From Gonapodya sp. JEL0774 (taxonomy: Eukaryota): 64,000 nucleotides of DNA. The stretch is from NCBI GenBank assembly GCA_027604505.1, contig JADIIX010000102.1, positions 1 to 64,000 of the forward strand. Direction: 5' to 3'. Both the position numbers and the translations under genes were made by a program. The notes beneath the pieces are model-generated. The model was not told the origin of the DNA, did no database searches, and saw only the letters and a program-made list of their open reading frames with translations. Shown here one piece after another: positions 24,101-38,000 of the stretch. Every line of letters begins with the position of its first letter. Position 1 is the first letter of the stretch.

Positions 24101-27100
24101 TGAGATAGTGGCGGTATCTGCGTTGGTGTACGGAGGGAGTGAGTACTTAACCTTTGAGTCGATCACGTTGTACTATTTCGCTAAACAGTTGTACCTCTGT
24201 AGTGTCGATCGAGGACGCGTCTTCTAAAGCAGAACAGTCTCATGTGAGATTCACGGTGATCCGGCAGTATAATGAGTTTCCTCTGCCGGCTGGATTCCAA
24301 GAGCTGGTTGCGCAAACAAAGGAGAAGGTTGAAGTTTGCAGAAACGAGAGAGCTTTGATCAATTACTTGATTGGTGAGTAAGGGGTCACTTGTTTATTAC
24401 CAAGCCTCTAACGAGAACTAAAAGGATGACAATTTCCCGCCTCTCAAGCGCAAATCGGCCGTCATGATCCTGATGTTCTCGTTGGACACAACTTTGTTGG
24501 CTTCGATTTAGATGTCCTATTGCAACGCATGAAAACTCACAAGGTCGATAACTGGAGCAAGATCGGCAGGCTGAGAAGGACGGTTTGGCCAAAGCTTCAG
24601 TCAGGCGCCGGCGGAACGGGTGACTCCACATATGCGGAGAGGCAGGTCGCCAGTGGGCGGTTGATTGTGGACACATATCTGGCCGCAAAAGTAGGTGCTG
24701 ACTAAACTGTCGAAGAACTTGGGCAGCCGAGTGTTTTGAGTTGAGCTCGTCGAATTTCCCGCCGGCAGGAACATGTACGATCGAAATCCTATAGTCTCAC
24801 ACAACTTGCCCTATCTCAGCTTAATGTCGCCCGTGAAGAACTCGACTTTGAGCGCATACCGGCTTACTTCTCGGGCACCGCGAGGGATCTCATGCTCTTT
24901 GTGCGGCTGAATCAGACCGATGCCTACTTAGTAGCAAAGCTCATGTTCAAAATCCAGATTCTGCCTCTGAGCAAGCAATTAACAAATCTGGCAGGGAACT
25001 TATGGTGCGCATGTGTATCAGCAGGCTTGTTAACATTTCGGAGCTCAGTGGGTTCATATTCCAGGTCCCGCACTCTCCTTGGAGGTCGTGCCGAACGAAA
25101 TGAGTTCCTGCTTCTGCACGAGTTCCACAAGCTCAAATACATCTTGCCCGATAAGTCGTTAGGAGCTTTCAAAAAAGTCAAGCAGGCTTCTGCAGCTGTT
25201 CCGGAGATGGACGGAGATGATGATGCGGACGACGGTAAGACGATTCGAACATGTTCAGTTCAAAGACGACCTGGAGCAGTATACGGAATGAACTTTCATC
25301 AACAGAGAAACCACAAGAAGAACGGCGGAGGGGTACAACCGGTCGTCGTAAACCGGCTTATGCTGGAGGTCTGGTTCTGGAACCCAAGAAAGGATTTTAC
25401 GACATGTTCGTCCTGCTTCTGGACTTCAATTCTCTGTACCCGTCCATCATCCAAGAGTACAACATCGATTTCACAACGATTCAGAGAACTAGCACTCCAG
25501 AGGTGAGTCCATGGACCTGACCTGACTTGTGTAGAAAGAGGAATGAAGAATGTTTTTGCAGGCTGATGAGGTCCTCCCAGAGCTTCCTGATCCACAAGCT
25601 CCCACAGGCGTGCTCCCGAAAATATTGAAGACATTGGTGGACCGCCGTCGGCAGGTGAAATCGCTCATGAAGAACGCGCAGGGCTCAGACTACTCCAGTG
25701 TGAGTGTGAAAAACTCCCTTGTGTTCTGATATTGGACAACTCCTGGAACCTTTGCTCGCAGTTGGACATTCGGCAAAAGGCACTCAAGCTCACTGCCAAT
25801 TCCATGTACGGTTGCCTCGGCTTCTCCCACTCCCGTTTCTACGCGAAACCACTTGCTATGCTCATTACCGCCAAGGGTCGTGAGATTCTTCAAAACACCG
25901 TCGACTTGGCGACCCAGCAGAAGCTAGAGGTCATCTACGGAGACACTGACTCAATTTTCCTTAACACCAATACCGATGACATTAAGGAGGTCCGCCGCAT
26001 GGGTGCAGAATTTAAGAAGGTCGTGAATCAGCGATACCGCCTTCTCGAAATTGAGATGGATGGAATGCTCCGGCGGATGTTATTGCTCAAGAAAAAGAAA
26101 TATGCAGCTCTTGTTGTTGAGGAAAAGGATGGGAAACTTGAAACGACCATGGAGACCAAGGGTCTCGACATGGTTCGGAGAGACTGGTGTGGCTTATCGC
26201 AGGACGTGTCCGGGTGTGTATTCTCAATTTGCGACCGACCTGATTCTGCTTCTGAGGATCGGAGCAATTCGTTTAGGTATGTTCTCGAAAAAATTCTTTC
26301 GAGTGATGAAGGGGGCCGAGAAGAAATCGTTGAAAAGATCCACAAGTACTTGGAAACGGTGGGGAAAGAGACTAGGGCTGGTCTTATTCCTATCGAGAAG
26401 TTCATCATCAACAAGGTACGTCCGGCATTCATCTCGCCATCATGTCGTGATTCTCATGAGCGATGTCTCACACAGCAACTTACGAAGAACGTGGAGGATT
26501 ATAACGACGCCAAGTCCCAACCGCACGTGCAAGTGGCCCTCCGTCTGAAGGCAGCGAACAAAAGCGTGCGAGTTGGCGACACCATTCCTTACGTAGTATG
26601 TGCGAGAAAGGAAGCAAATGGAGAGGCATATGGGTCCAAGAAAGACGATTCATTCGCTGCGAGGGCATACCACCCGGATGATTTGCGGAAGGACAGTACT
26701 GATCTTTCAGTTGGTGGGTATCATTGCACCTCAACTTTCTTGTTATCTGTATCTGATCGTTTGACGTTTTGCGTGAACAGATGTCGAGTGGTACCTGAGC
26801 AACCAAGTTCACCCTCCTATCGCCCGTCTTATCGCTCCGATTGAAGGAACTGACACTGGTCGAATCGCGGATTGCTTAGGCCTTGACCCCACAAAGTTCC
26901 GAGCTGTCGCAGCAGGTGGCCAAGCGGAAGCGGAGAGTGAAGTCCACACGTTGGATTCCCTAATCTCAGACGAAGAGAGATTTAAGAATGTTGACAAGTG
27001 GAGACCCCGGTGCAGGCATTGTGGTCAACATAACGAATTTGAGATCGTGCGCAAAAAGGTGATGGAATCTCGTTTACTTCATGTCAGCAAAACACAAAAA

Positions 27101-27761
27101 AGTATCAACACCATGAACTTCTCAACCCAGCGCGGCGAGCTCCCGACTCCTGGTTTGCAGTGTCCCAACCCAGAATGCAAGCAGATTATGCAAATGCCCT
27201 CTCTCTTGGCCCAGCTTCTCGACGCGATACGCTCTCATGTCTCTCGGTATGAGATTCGATGGCATGTATGCGACGATCTTGGTTGCAAGAAGAGAACACT
27301 GGCCGTATCTGTCTACGGAAGAAGGTGCCCAATTCCTGGGTGTCGAGGACAGATGAATATGGAGGTAAGAAGTCCATACTCGGGTTTACCGACACAGTGA
27401 TTCCATTTGCGTTCCAATCAGTATTCAGACGCGGCGTTGTACACTCAGTTGATCTATTACGACAGCCTCTTTGACGTTGAAAGGCTGAGGACGAAGATGG
27501 AGAACCAGCCCGATAGAGGTTTGTTTGGGATTAACACACAATCATTTCAGCACTCGTTGATCGAAGTGTTCAATTCCAGATGCAATCGTCGCTGTAGGTA
27601 CGAGCCAGGCACCCAATCTCGCTCAGCTGAGAGAAGTCGTGAATCGCTACCTGAGCAAGAATGCCCGACAATTTGTAGATCTGGGGTCTCTGTTCAAGAT
27701 GATGAATCTAGGGGCAGGGTCGTTCTCGGCGATGCCGAAAGCTGTAGCTGTGTCTGCATGA
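21138..27761 (+). CDS. POL1: DNA polymerase alpha catalytic subunit, multi-exon
   Basis: [57 protein letters not shown]-terminal Zn-finger CDDLGC...CPIPGCRG. Confidence 0.97.
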
Positions 27762-27829
27762 CTATCTCTACGCATGCACAGAACCGTAATTTTCTAAATC
27801 ATTGTTTTTGCTCAAATTCTGGTCGCAAT

Positions 27830-30800
27830 TTATTTTTGTATACCGACTCTCTCAGCCTTGGCGCTCTTGGTCTTGCCTCTTCCAGCAAACTTTCTGGCGT
27901 CTTTGCGATTCATTCTCGTCTGGTCACGTGTTCCCTTCCCACCTTCCCAATATCCCTTCTTCGACCCTGATTTAGTCATCATCGCACCACAAACGCATGG
28001 TTTGTCCGCCGAATAACTTTGCTCCCGGGAGCACTGCATGGTGTAGAATTTACAGATTGATGCACAGAAACATTCTGTAAAATATACAGGGAACTCACAA
28101 ATCCACACACTTGTCGTGTCGCCCTGATATTAGACAGTGTTCAACAACAAATATTTAACCACCAACACGACGGCAATGAGTGCGGAGATGAGAACGAACC
28201 AAGACATTTCGTGCTGTCCAGCACCTCTATTCTCCTTTTCATGACATTCATCACAAGGATACAGCTTGCCACAGCAGGGAAATCGAAACCATCGAAAAGA
28301 TTTCTTGTAGTGTTCACAAGTCCCGTTCTGAGATGACGGGAGAGGAAACCTGTTTCGCACCCCAACAATAACCGCACCAACCAGATATGCTTACCTTGAG
28401 AAGCGGTTGGCCCACCACAAGACCCTCTTCAGCTCTGCGGTTCTTCTTTTTCTTAAGTGGAAGCCCCGTTGCATCCGCACTTGCCGGTCCTATATGCACT
28501 CCGCCTCCAACGACGATCGCTCTCACACCTTGGAAGCTCAATTCCCAAGGCGCGTGGCATCCCTCGCAAAACCCTCGTTCCACTTGTCCGACGACAACGC
28601 GGGCTGGTCTCGCCCAGTTCGGTCTCGCACACGATCCACATGTGATCGCATATGTGGAGGGCCAGAGATCTGCGAATGAACAACCCCGAAGATCGACGGT
28701 GCCGATGGTGGGATCTGTTGGCATCGCGAATCGGGGGTGGAAGGTTGCCGACATGGGGGTGGAGCAAGTTGCGCATACATGCGACGAAGGCCGTGGTGAA
28801 AGTGTTGCTGGCGGCGCGGGAAAGCCGCGACAAGTCATGTCAAATGCTGTGCGACAGCGGGTACAGCGAGCGGAACATGTAAGAAGAACAGACTGCAGAA
28901 TGGAGATGTTCTTAAAAGTGGGTGAAAGGAGGCTTAAAAGCGTTTCGGGGAGCTGGTCAACACACGGTTCTCGTTTCTGTTCCACACATCAGAACACAAC
29001 ATACGTGAGCCTTATGCCAGGGATGATCCGATCGCTCGGTGCCGCTTCTACTCCCCGTGATTGAGCTACATCCTCGTCATCCTCGCTTTCTTGATTGCTG
29101 ACCTCCTCCTCCACATCCTCACCTTTCGACCCTTGCAATCCAACCCTCCGGCCACTCCCGTCCCCCTCATCATCGTTCCCATCACTCGTTGTGTCCTCTT
29201 CCTCAAATTCATTCCCTTCGTGCCACTTTGGCGGATCCGCCACTTCGACCCGCCTCTCAAGCTCATCGTTTCTGCTCTCATTCGCTACGAAAGTGATGCC
29301 ATTTCCCGGTTTGGAAACCACCGTACTGGGCCTCGCCTCGACCGCACTATCAACAACCAGCAGCGTCTCCAAATTCCTGTCAATCCACGCCACACATTTC
29401 ACCAAACTGCCTCTGTCTTTCCCCGACCGTTCGGACCAAGTGTCGAACCCACGCTGGATCTTGCGGCGTAAATTATCTGGAAGGGAGTTCGGACCCATCA
29501 CAGAGAGTCGGGGGGACCCAGCTGGGTAGGTTGTGGGAACAGTCAGGCGAAGAGTGATTCCAGGAAGGTCAAAGGGGAAGTCAGGGCTGGAAATGCGTGG
29601 GAGAGACCGATTGGATGAGACAAACGTGCCGCGGCAAACAGTGTGGAAAGCTTTCCCGACTCACTCGGTTGGCACCAGTTCTACTTCGTACACGTCCGCA
29701 AAATCAGTAGAGTCCACGTGTCGAAATGTGGCAGGGTATCTCCGGTGGAGCTGGTAGATATCGACGGCACGTGGAGAAGAACCAGGTGGCGGTGGCGGTG
29801 GCAGAGGGGTTCGCGTAGGAGCGGGCTTTGAAAAGGGTACTGCAGCGGCAGTAGTGAAAGTGGAGTTAGGGAAAGGGCTCGCTGGCTGGGCGGGCTCCTG
29901 TTCTGGTGTGATAACGGGAACATTCTTATCTGATGTTTCGGCTACAGCGATTGACAGCTGGAGTTCTCGGTTGATTTTGGCATCCATGGCAGATCGAGAA
30001 GGCGCTTTGGAAGCAGAATATCTCCGGTTCCCGCGACTTCGGTTTACTCCTCTTGCGTTGCCTACTTGATGAAGACTGGTTGGCGCTGCGTCATGCGATA
30101 TGTTTTGTTCAAGGCCAAAGGAGCTCTGTTCCCGCGATGTAGCAGGCCGTCCTCGACTTCGTCGAGGTTGTCCCCCTCTTCCACGTCCTTGACGGTGTCC
30201 CTCACCCATGCCGTTAGCAGCCGGAGCTTCACCCAGGCTTCCGGCAGGGAAGTCAAGTGCAGCCACCGGAGACGCCTCAAACCGAATATTGCCGGCGCTC
30301 TTGCCACGACCGCGACCTCCAGCTTGGCCGCGTACGAACCCACTCCCTCGTCTTCGTGGGACTTGTTCGGTTCGTGGACCGGATTGCATTGCCCCGGCAG
30401 TTGGCGCATTTGCGGCATTCACGCAGTCCGGGGTGGTTACTTTGTGATACTCGGTCGGAGCATTTGAATGGGTATAACTGTGCGTGTTATGTGCTCCTTC
30501 TCTGCTTGTTGGAATTGGGCCACGACCCCGGAACCTCCATGGCCGCCCACGGCCCATAGTTAATCCCTGTTCTCCAATGCCATTTCCAACCTCCGCGGAT
30601 ATGGTTGAAGCACTAGTTGAAGTTTCACCTTGACCGCGTTCTTGCTGGACAACGACGGAAGTCGGAGTATCCCGTCCACCGGATCGTCCTCCCCTACCAA
30701 CACCTCCCGCGACGATTCCACCATCACGAGCACCCGTCCCCGAGTTCTTGTTACCTTCCATGGATTGGTCCACTTGTGACATTACAGCGCTAACCGGACG

Positions 30801-30953
30801 TTCAGCTCCACGAAATTGAGTGGTGGGTCTTCCTCGCCGCCCAGATGCAGGAGCAGGTTGGTGAGAAAATGCATGCTTGTTGACGAAATCTGCATTGGAG
30901 GGCGCAGCGTCTGTCGGTGTCACGTCGAGCCGAGCGAAGTGGATCGGATCCAT
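27830..30953 (-). CDS. CHY-type zinc finger protein with RG-rich disordered N-terminus
   Basis: GTCEHYKKSFRWFRFPCCGKLYPCDECH, CSREQ, WEGGKGTRDQTRMNRKDARKF, several CxxC pairs, and LVPTE..FP.DL segments. Confidence 0.8.
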
Positions 30954-31987
30954 GGGCTCTTCGAGCTATGTGAAGCGTTTATTATTTGAGATGAGTAAGT
31001 CTTTGTTTTCCTTTCAGTGTGGATTTGATGTGCCCTGTTGACAAATGGCGAGTGTGTGACATGTTGTTGGCGGGTGTCACCGCGCAGCTGGCGTTCACCA
31101 TCATCGAGTCCTCATCATTGGCACAAAATCCACCCGGCCTCACTCAAGGGCAAGACACATGTGCAAAAGAAGCATTCGAATCACTTTAGCGCTGAGCGAT
31201 GAGGCTCTGTTTTGAGCAAACTCAACATAAAAAATGTTGAGGGTGGGCGTCAGAATTCACATTCAAGATATGATTCCGTAGTTTTCGCTCTGTAACGAGC
31301 TACATAGTAGGCAGACTAGGGTGCGGCTCCCTTCTTGGTTGCCTGATACCGGCAGTGGACGGAGTTCCTTGCCACGAAAACTGTATAGCAAACAACATTT
31401 CACAAAAGTGACGGTTGAGAAACGAGTATGTGACCGTGTGGTTCTCCAGCCTAGCGTGACCGGCAGGAAAGCTTGACGTTGAACAACAAAAAGCTGACGA
31501 ATGCTTCTATCGAGTTTGTGACCCGGCGGAGATCCCACTGTCCGACTGTAGGGATGCGTTATTACATGGGGGGAGATAAATAATAAGTTTTGCGTGGAAG
31601 TGGTAGGGCACGCAAAACTTATGGAGTGGCGTCATCATGAGACAACAACGCTAACATGTCTCCCTTGCATCTCTAAAATCAGTATCAATCAGGAAAAACG
31701 CGATTCTATCCACAGCCAGTCGTACAATATAGTTTGGTGAGCGTGTCAAGGCGGGTTTTATACTGACCGTCTTACACTGTTCCATTAGGGTATTTGATGA
31801 AATATGGGAGACAGCAGAGGCGACTCATCCCCTTGCTCCTCATCCCTTTCTCGACGCCGAAAAACGGTGAAACAAGAGCCGAAGGACCGCCAGGGCGCAT
31901 ATATAACGTAATTCCGTTTCTTCAGTCCATTCGCCACCCCGAAGCAGTTGAACCTCGACCAATTTTACCACACGGAGCCTCGGACAC

Positions 31988-34775
31988 ATGGCGACTGAGC
32001 ACGAGAAGACACCCTTGGAGGCTGGAAAAGATGAACAACTAGTTTCTTGGACGGTGAGCGTTCTCACCAACAAGATGGATCAATCAACCGTCTCGCTCAC
32101 TTCGGATTAACGCCCCTCTTCATCTTTCAAAATTGGACTTTCGGATGTGCGTGGCTAGCCCGAAGAAGAGAAGGCATTTGTCAAGAAACTTGACTGGAGA
32201 GTCATCCCCCTTGTTTCCATCATGTACTTTCTCGCGTTTCTCGACAGAGTAAACATTGGAAATGGTGAGTCTATCTTGCCACCCCCTGCAATTGCAGATT
32301 GCTCAAATCGTTTGTCTCCGTCTTCACTCTGCCTCGCAGCCAAGGTCGCCAACAACGATGTGAAAGCGTCAGTGTTATATTCACAGTTGGTCTGGGTTAC
32401 GAGCCTAACCTCTGACACGACAAAGGGATACAATGGAAGCTTCTTTGGGTCTCGATGGAGTTCAATTCAATTGGGCTGTTTCCATTTTCTTCGTTCCCGT
32501 AAGTGGACTGAGATGGTCTGTTGTAATTGTCTCTGGATAACCTTCTTTCGACTCGCACCCGCGTCGCTATCTTTTCTCAGTACTGCCTCTTGGAAGGTAA
32601 TTTTCGACTTGTTCCCTGGATTGTGCAGATCACATCACGTTTTGATCTCCTTGCTCTCCTCTATCTAACTTGTCACGCAAGTTCCTTCTAACTTTATGAT
32701 GAGGATTGCCGGTCCGAAAATTTGGCTCGCCAGGATCATGGTGTCCTGGGGAATAGTGGTAAGTGCTCATTGCCTCCCAAATTTTTTAAATCGGGTACTA
32801 ATCTTTAACATGTAGTCCACGTGCCAAGCGTTTGTCACAAACTTTGCTGGATTAATGGCGTGCAGGGCGCTGCTTGGAGCTGCTGAGGTAAGTATTGAGG
32901 TCCTCGTGCGATAACCGTGGAACTGACACAATTCTGCATTTATTTAATCCAGGCTGGTCTCTTCCCGTGAGTTGCCCCTGAGTATCTATCTCTCTGTTTT
33001 TTGTTATTCATAGTCCGTGAAATGTTATGGCTTCCACTGATTTAGTGGTGTTCTTTAGTGAGTTGGCGCAGTGTTTCTCTACGACGATATCAATCTCACT
33101 GACTTCATTTCTCTTAGTTTCTTCACCTTTTGGTATCGGAAACACGAAATCTCCACTCGTGTGGTATGTCCCCTTGGTGCAATCAAAAGTGATCCTGTAG
33201 AGTTAATTTTTATGCAATGCAGGCTGTTCTTTTCTCGTTTAACTCGATCGCCTCAGCGTTCAGTGGTCTCCTTGCAACCGGTAAGTTAATGAGACTGCTT
33301 ATACCGCGTTAACAATTATACGCAAATTCTCCTCATTCCACCTGAAGCCCTAGCACAGTTGAACGGTCAGGGAAACTTAAAAGGATGGCAATGGATTCTG
33401 CTACTGGAAGGAGCTCCCTCGATCGTTATCGGTGTGATTGCATTTTTCTTGCTGTGAGTTTAAGTTTAACATTGATGATGTGAACAAGTGCCATTCTGGT
33501 TTGAGGCGGTCTCACGGCAGTTTCCTTCGATGTTTAGGCCGAATTTCCCCCAAACCGTTAGTACCTGAAGGCAAAAAAAGCTCTCGCTATTTATCTAACA
33601 ATCTGGTGTACGTCCTTCAGTCTCTGGGGTTCCTGACACCACGAGAACAAGAAATTGCGATTGCTCGCCTCCCCACAACCGCTGCGTCTATCACGGACAA
33701 GCAGTTTGACCTTCAGGAATTCTTCACTACCCTCAAGGATCCGATCCTCGTACTCTTTTGCGTGAGTTAGTGTTTCCCTGTAAACTAGAAGTGTTCCGGT
33801 TGTTCAACCTATTCTTGTCAGCTCGCGAGTTTCTTTATGATCCTTCCGGGATACGGCACCACGTATTTCAGACCTTCCATTATCTCAGGGCTGGGATTCA
33901 CCGGAAATCTCGCAAATCTCAGTTCGTTCTTCATTGTATTGTTAACTCCCTTTGCCGAGTCACTCACTTCCTTTCATCGTACAGTGTCCGCGTGGCCAGG
34001 AGTTTTGACTGCTATTGCTGATCAGTACTGGGGTTGGAGGTCTGATGTGAAGAAGGAGCGGCCTCAACACAGTATGGATGTGCCGTTCCGCCTAGCTTGT
34101 CCTTTGGCTGATGAAGTTTCCCAACGTTTCTCTTTCCCTCCCAGTCTTGATCGCTTTAGCCACGGGCTTGATCGGAAGTGCGTTGTTGCTTGCAGGACAG
34201 ATCAGGTTGTGGGCACCGGGCCTTCGATAGTATGTACTTCGATGAGCATCCGCAACGAACAGATCATGGCGTAACGAGGTGCTTACCCATGTCTCCAACA
34301 CCAGCTTCTTCATGTTTGTGTCCGCCTTCTCAGGACCTGCACTTCCTATATTGTTCGTGTATCGCGCAAACACCTTGAAGGGGAGCACAGCACAGGCCAC
34401 TGCTACTGGCCTTACAATTGCTTTCGGAAACATCGGGGGATTCAGTAAGTGTTGACGTGGAATTTAAAGATCAATTGCCATCCTCAATAGCACCTTCTAC
34501 CTCGTAGTTGCCCCTTTTATCTATCCCAACTCTTGGTTCCCCCTGTACATCAATGCTCTCTGTGAGTTTAAGTTAAAATAAAACTCCTGTTGCCGCGACA
34601 ATTAATCCTTCTTGTGGCTTATCCAGGGATATCTTTCGCGCTAACGATTGCTGCAATGGTATGCGTCGCTGCAATCTGGATGTACGAGAGAAACATGAGC
34701 AAAGACGCTAAGTGGGCACAGGAAATGTCATCGAGTGCTGAACTGAACACTCGAGAAGCAGTGTCGAAAGCTTGA
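31988..34775 (+). CDS. MFS transporter, anion:cation symporter (DAL5/allantoate permease-like) family, many exons including microexons
   Basis: KKLDWRVIP...FLAFLDRVNIGNA, FNWAVSIFFVPYCLLEVPSN, CRALLGAAEAGLFPGV, GWQWILLLEG, SDVKKER, GNIGG. Confidence 0.9.
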
Positions 34776-35002
34776 ACAAGAAGTTCATATTTGTCTCACG
34801 CACAGTAACAATTAATTGCTGTAAAAAGGAGAATGAAAGAAAGGACAATATACTAATTCTTCGTGTGCATAGTGGTACTCGACAACAAAATAACACGTGA
34901 GTTGGTGTGCGAAGACAAAACATTCCACGAATTGATGCACAAGTAATGGTCAGAGAACTGAACGTAAACAGAGCCAAACAAGGTTTGGATGTCGAGTACG
35001 AT

Positions 35003-38000
35003 CTAAACAAATATCCTTCCACTCTCGATCCTCCCCGTCCTCTGCTCCTCTCCATGCCCTTGGTGTGAGGTGTGGTGTGCAGCATCTGCCACACGCGTGG
35101 CTTCCGGCTTCTCCAGTGACTGCAACTCGTGTTTTTTCGCTGACTTCGCATGGCCTAACTTATCAGCATATGCAGATTTTCGAGGGTTTGACTCAGAGGA
35201 CATCCTTGTTGGTGATGAGAGGTCCGACACCAGCTCAAGCCTACGAAAGAACCGATGAGCTGGAGTAATTAAACCAATTATATGTACTTACTGCAAGTCG
35301 AGGGGGCTCAACCGAGCGACACGCGGATCATTCGAGAGTCGCAAAGTTTGGCGGTAGATCCTTCTGCGTAGCAACGATACTCCTTTTCACGTTCAAAGTT
35401 TCGTTATTAAGCGGGCTCAAGTCTCACCTAGTTCGAATCACAAACACAACACCCCAACAGGCACCTCGAAATCTCCGTGCGCCAATGAGTTTTGGCATCA
35501 CTGGTGATAGCTCCGACCCCAGCTTCTTTCGCATGTACGAAAGATACGACTGCTCGCTGATAAACGAATAATTTTACGAAGATTAGTTAACTGTGGCATG
35601 CAGACAAAACAAGAAGCCCAAAGCTGCACAGTTACTTTCGTTTCAATTGTTTGAGCACCACAGTCAAGTACTTCTTTTGAAATGCCAGATCCGAAACTCG
35701 ATTTTCGGCCGCCTCCGCCGCGGACCTCGCATCAATTAGTTCCTTCGCCAGTACTAGATTATGTTCTCGCAGTACCCGTTCTTCTTCGAATAACGCGAGC
35801 ACTTTGCGTTTGTACTTGTTGAGCTTGCTCTCGGCGTTTGATAGACGGTGGGAAGAAGGATCAGAAATCGTGTAGGAGCCCAAGTTTCGATGGAGTGCAG
35901 AGAGTTGTGATGACAAATCTCGCGTATCCCTGTCTTTGTCTTGAATCGTCACGTTCAGTCGAGATACTTCGCGCTCCAGGGCTGCGAATTTCTCTTCAGA
36001 TTTGAACATTTCTTTCTTGTACGCGTCGTTCTCATCTTTGAGAATGCGGATATCTTCAAACAGCTGAAGCCCTGGGGAAGTCGATGTCGAATCATCCGCG
36101 ACCTTTCCGTCGCGCACAACCTTTTAAGGTTGGCACGGATCTCAATCAAAAAAACCCCGTTTCGCATTGATTCAAACGGTTGTAACTACCTCCGTGACTG
36201 CCAACAGCAAATGATTCAGATCCGCGACTCGTGCAGCGAGGTTGGCGTTCTCTTGGAATTTGAAGCAGAGAAAGCGATTCAGAGTATGGAGCATTCTTCA
36301 CCTTAATGCTTACATACCGTGCTCATAATCGTGACAGCGGGATCGCAAAGAATTCTCGGTCGCTTGGGAAACCTGAACAGAAGGAATCAGACAGATTCAC
36401 AACCAGCTGACTCAACTTGCATACTCGTCTGAAGATTTCCGAATCTTTTCTCAGATGAGCCAGCTCGCTCTTTAGTTTCGCATTTTGTACACCCTGGATC
36501 TCCAATTCGGACTTCAGTTGAGCAATCTCCTCTAAATAACACTCCCCACTCTTCCGCAGATCTTCTCCCGAGGAATGCGTCTGAACGGTGGGGTTGAATC
36601 CATCGATCTCACGCTGAAGCCTTGCACATGCATGCTCGGCAATGCTAAGTTGTCGCTGCAGTTGTTCTTGAGCATCCTCCGCTATCACTATGTGGCGAGC
36701 GAACTCTTGCTTAAGCTCTGCAAGCGAGGATTGTAAGTGGCAAATTTCATCGTTCTTCAAATCCATGCTGTGTTCAAGATTGTTCGCGCGAGATTGGGAG
36801 GAGACCGTCGCTTCTCTGAAGCCTGCTACTCGCTGTTACTCAGAAAAGTATGTTACACGGCGGAACTTTTGCAACAAACTGAAATTTTCGACTGACCTCT
36901 GCTTCTGCCTGTAATTTTATTCGTAAGTCATCGTTTTCGATTTGCAAAGCTGCCAGCTTCGCGACCATTTCCTGATCGGTATTCAATTGAGAATTTCGAC
37001 GTTCTTCTACGCCTCGGTCTTCCAACTTGCTTGGCGGACTCCAAAGTTCAAGGATTTGATCGGACGACTGCCAGCCGCAGAGCAATTTGTCTTCAGTGAC
37101 AATAGTATCTGTGTCAAGAGAAGTTATGCAGTTGTTCGAACCGTCTCCTGCCACCAACAATTGCGCTCCCAGTGCTTGGTTCGCTGATTCCGGTCCCACC
37201 TCCCCTTTGAGTCCGACAGTTGCTTCATTTCGACTCAATCGCATCTTCAAATTTTCAATCTCGGTGACAGCTGCGTTCAAGAACTCTTGTTCATTTGATA
37301 CCTGAAGTCCAAGCTCAATCACTCGCGCTGCGAGTTGTTTGCTTATGTGGATGGTTTCCCTTTGAATTCGTGGTCGAGTTCTCAGGACTCCGATGTGTCG
37401 CGTCAAATTGTTTCCAGAATCGATGAATACTGTGGCTCCGGGAAGCATTACCCGAGACATAAGATTTTGCATACTTCGAATATCGCGAGAAAGTGATTCG
37501 TTTTGGTTGACGATTTCTCGGAGCCTGATTGAAAGATGCCCGATATCCCCACGCAATTGAATCTCAATCGGTGTAATTTGCGTTCTGCGTTCCCCGAGCA
37601 ATGCTATGACTGGTATTCTCGAGATTACCAAAATGTCCAGTGAGATACTAACAAATATCTTACCTTCTAACTCTGAGAGAAGCCTGTCCTTCTTGGATAT
37701 CATTTCCTCAAGCTTTGAGGTGTAAACACTCACTCTTTTGAGATACTCGAGCTGCATACCACAACTCTCCACAGGAGGGACTGGTACAAATTGGGTATTA
37801 TGACCCTGGAGTTCTTCTTCGGAAGGTATCCCAGCGTTCTCCGTCAATTTTGTGATTATTTCCTGCAGTTTATTGATGGCAGAAAGCATGTCGTTCCGTG
37901 TTATCACGTCATCGAAACCACGCAACGAATTCTGACGCCAATCAGTTTTGGGTAAATTCTCCCGATCGAATTCGTCCTCTTGACTAACCTCCTTGGAAAG

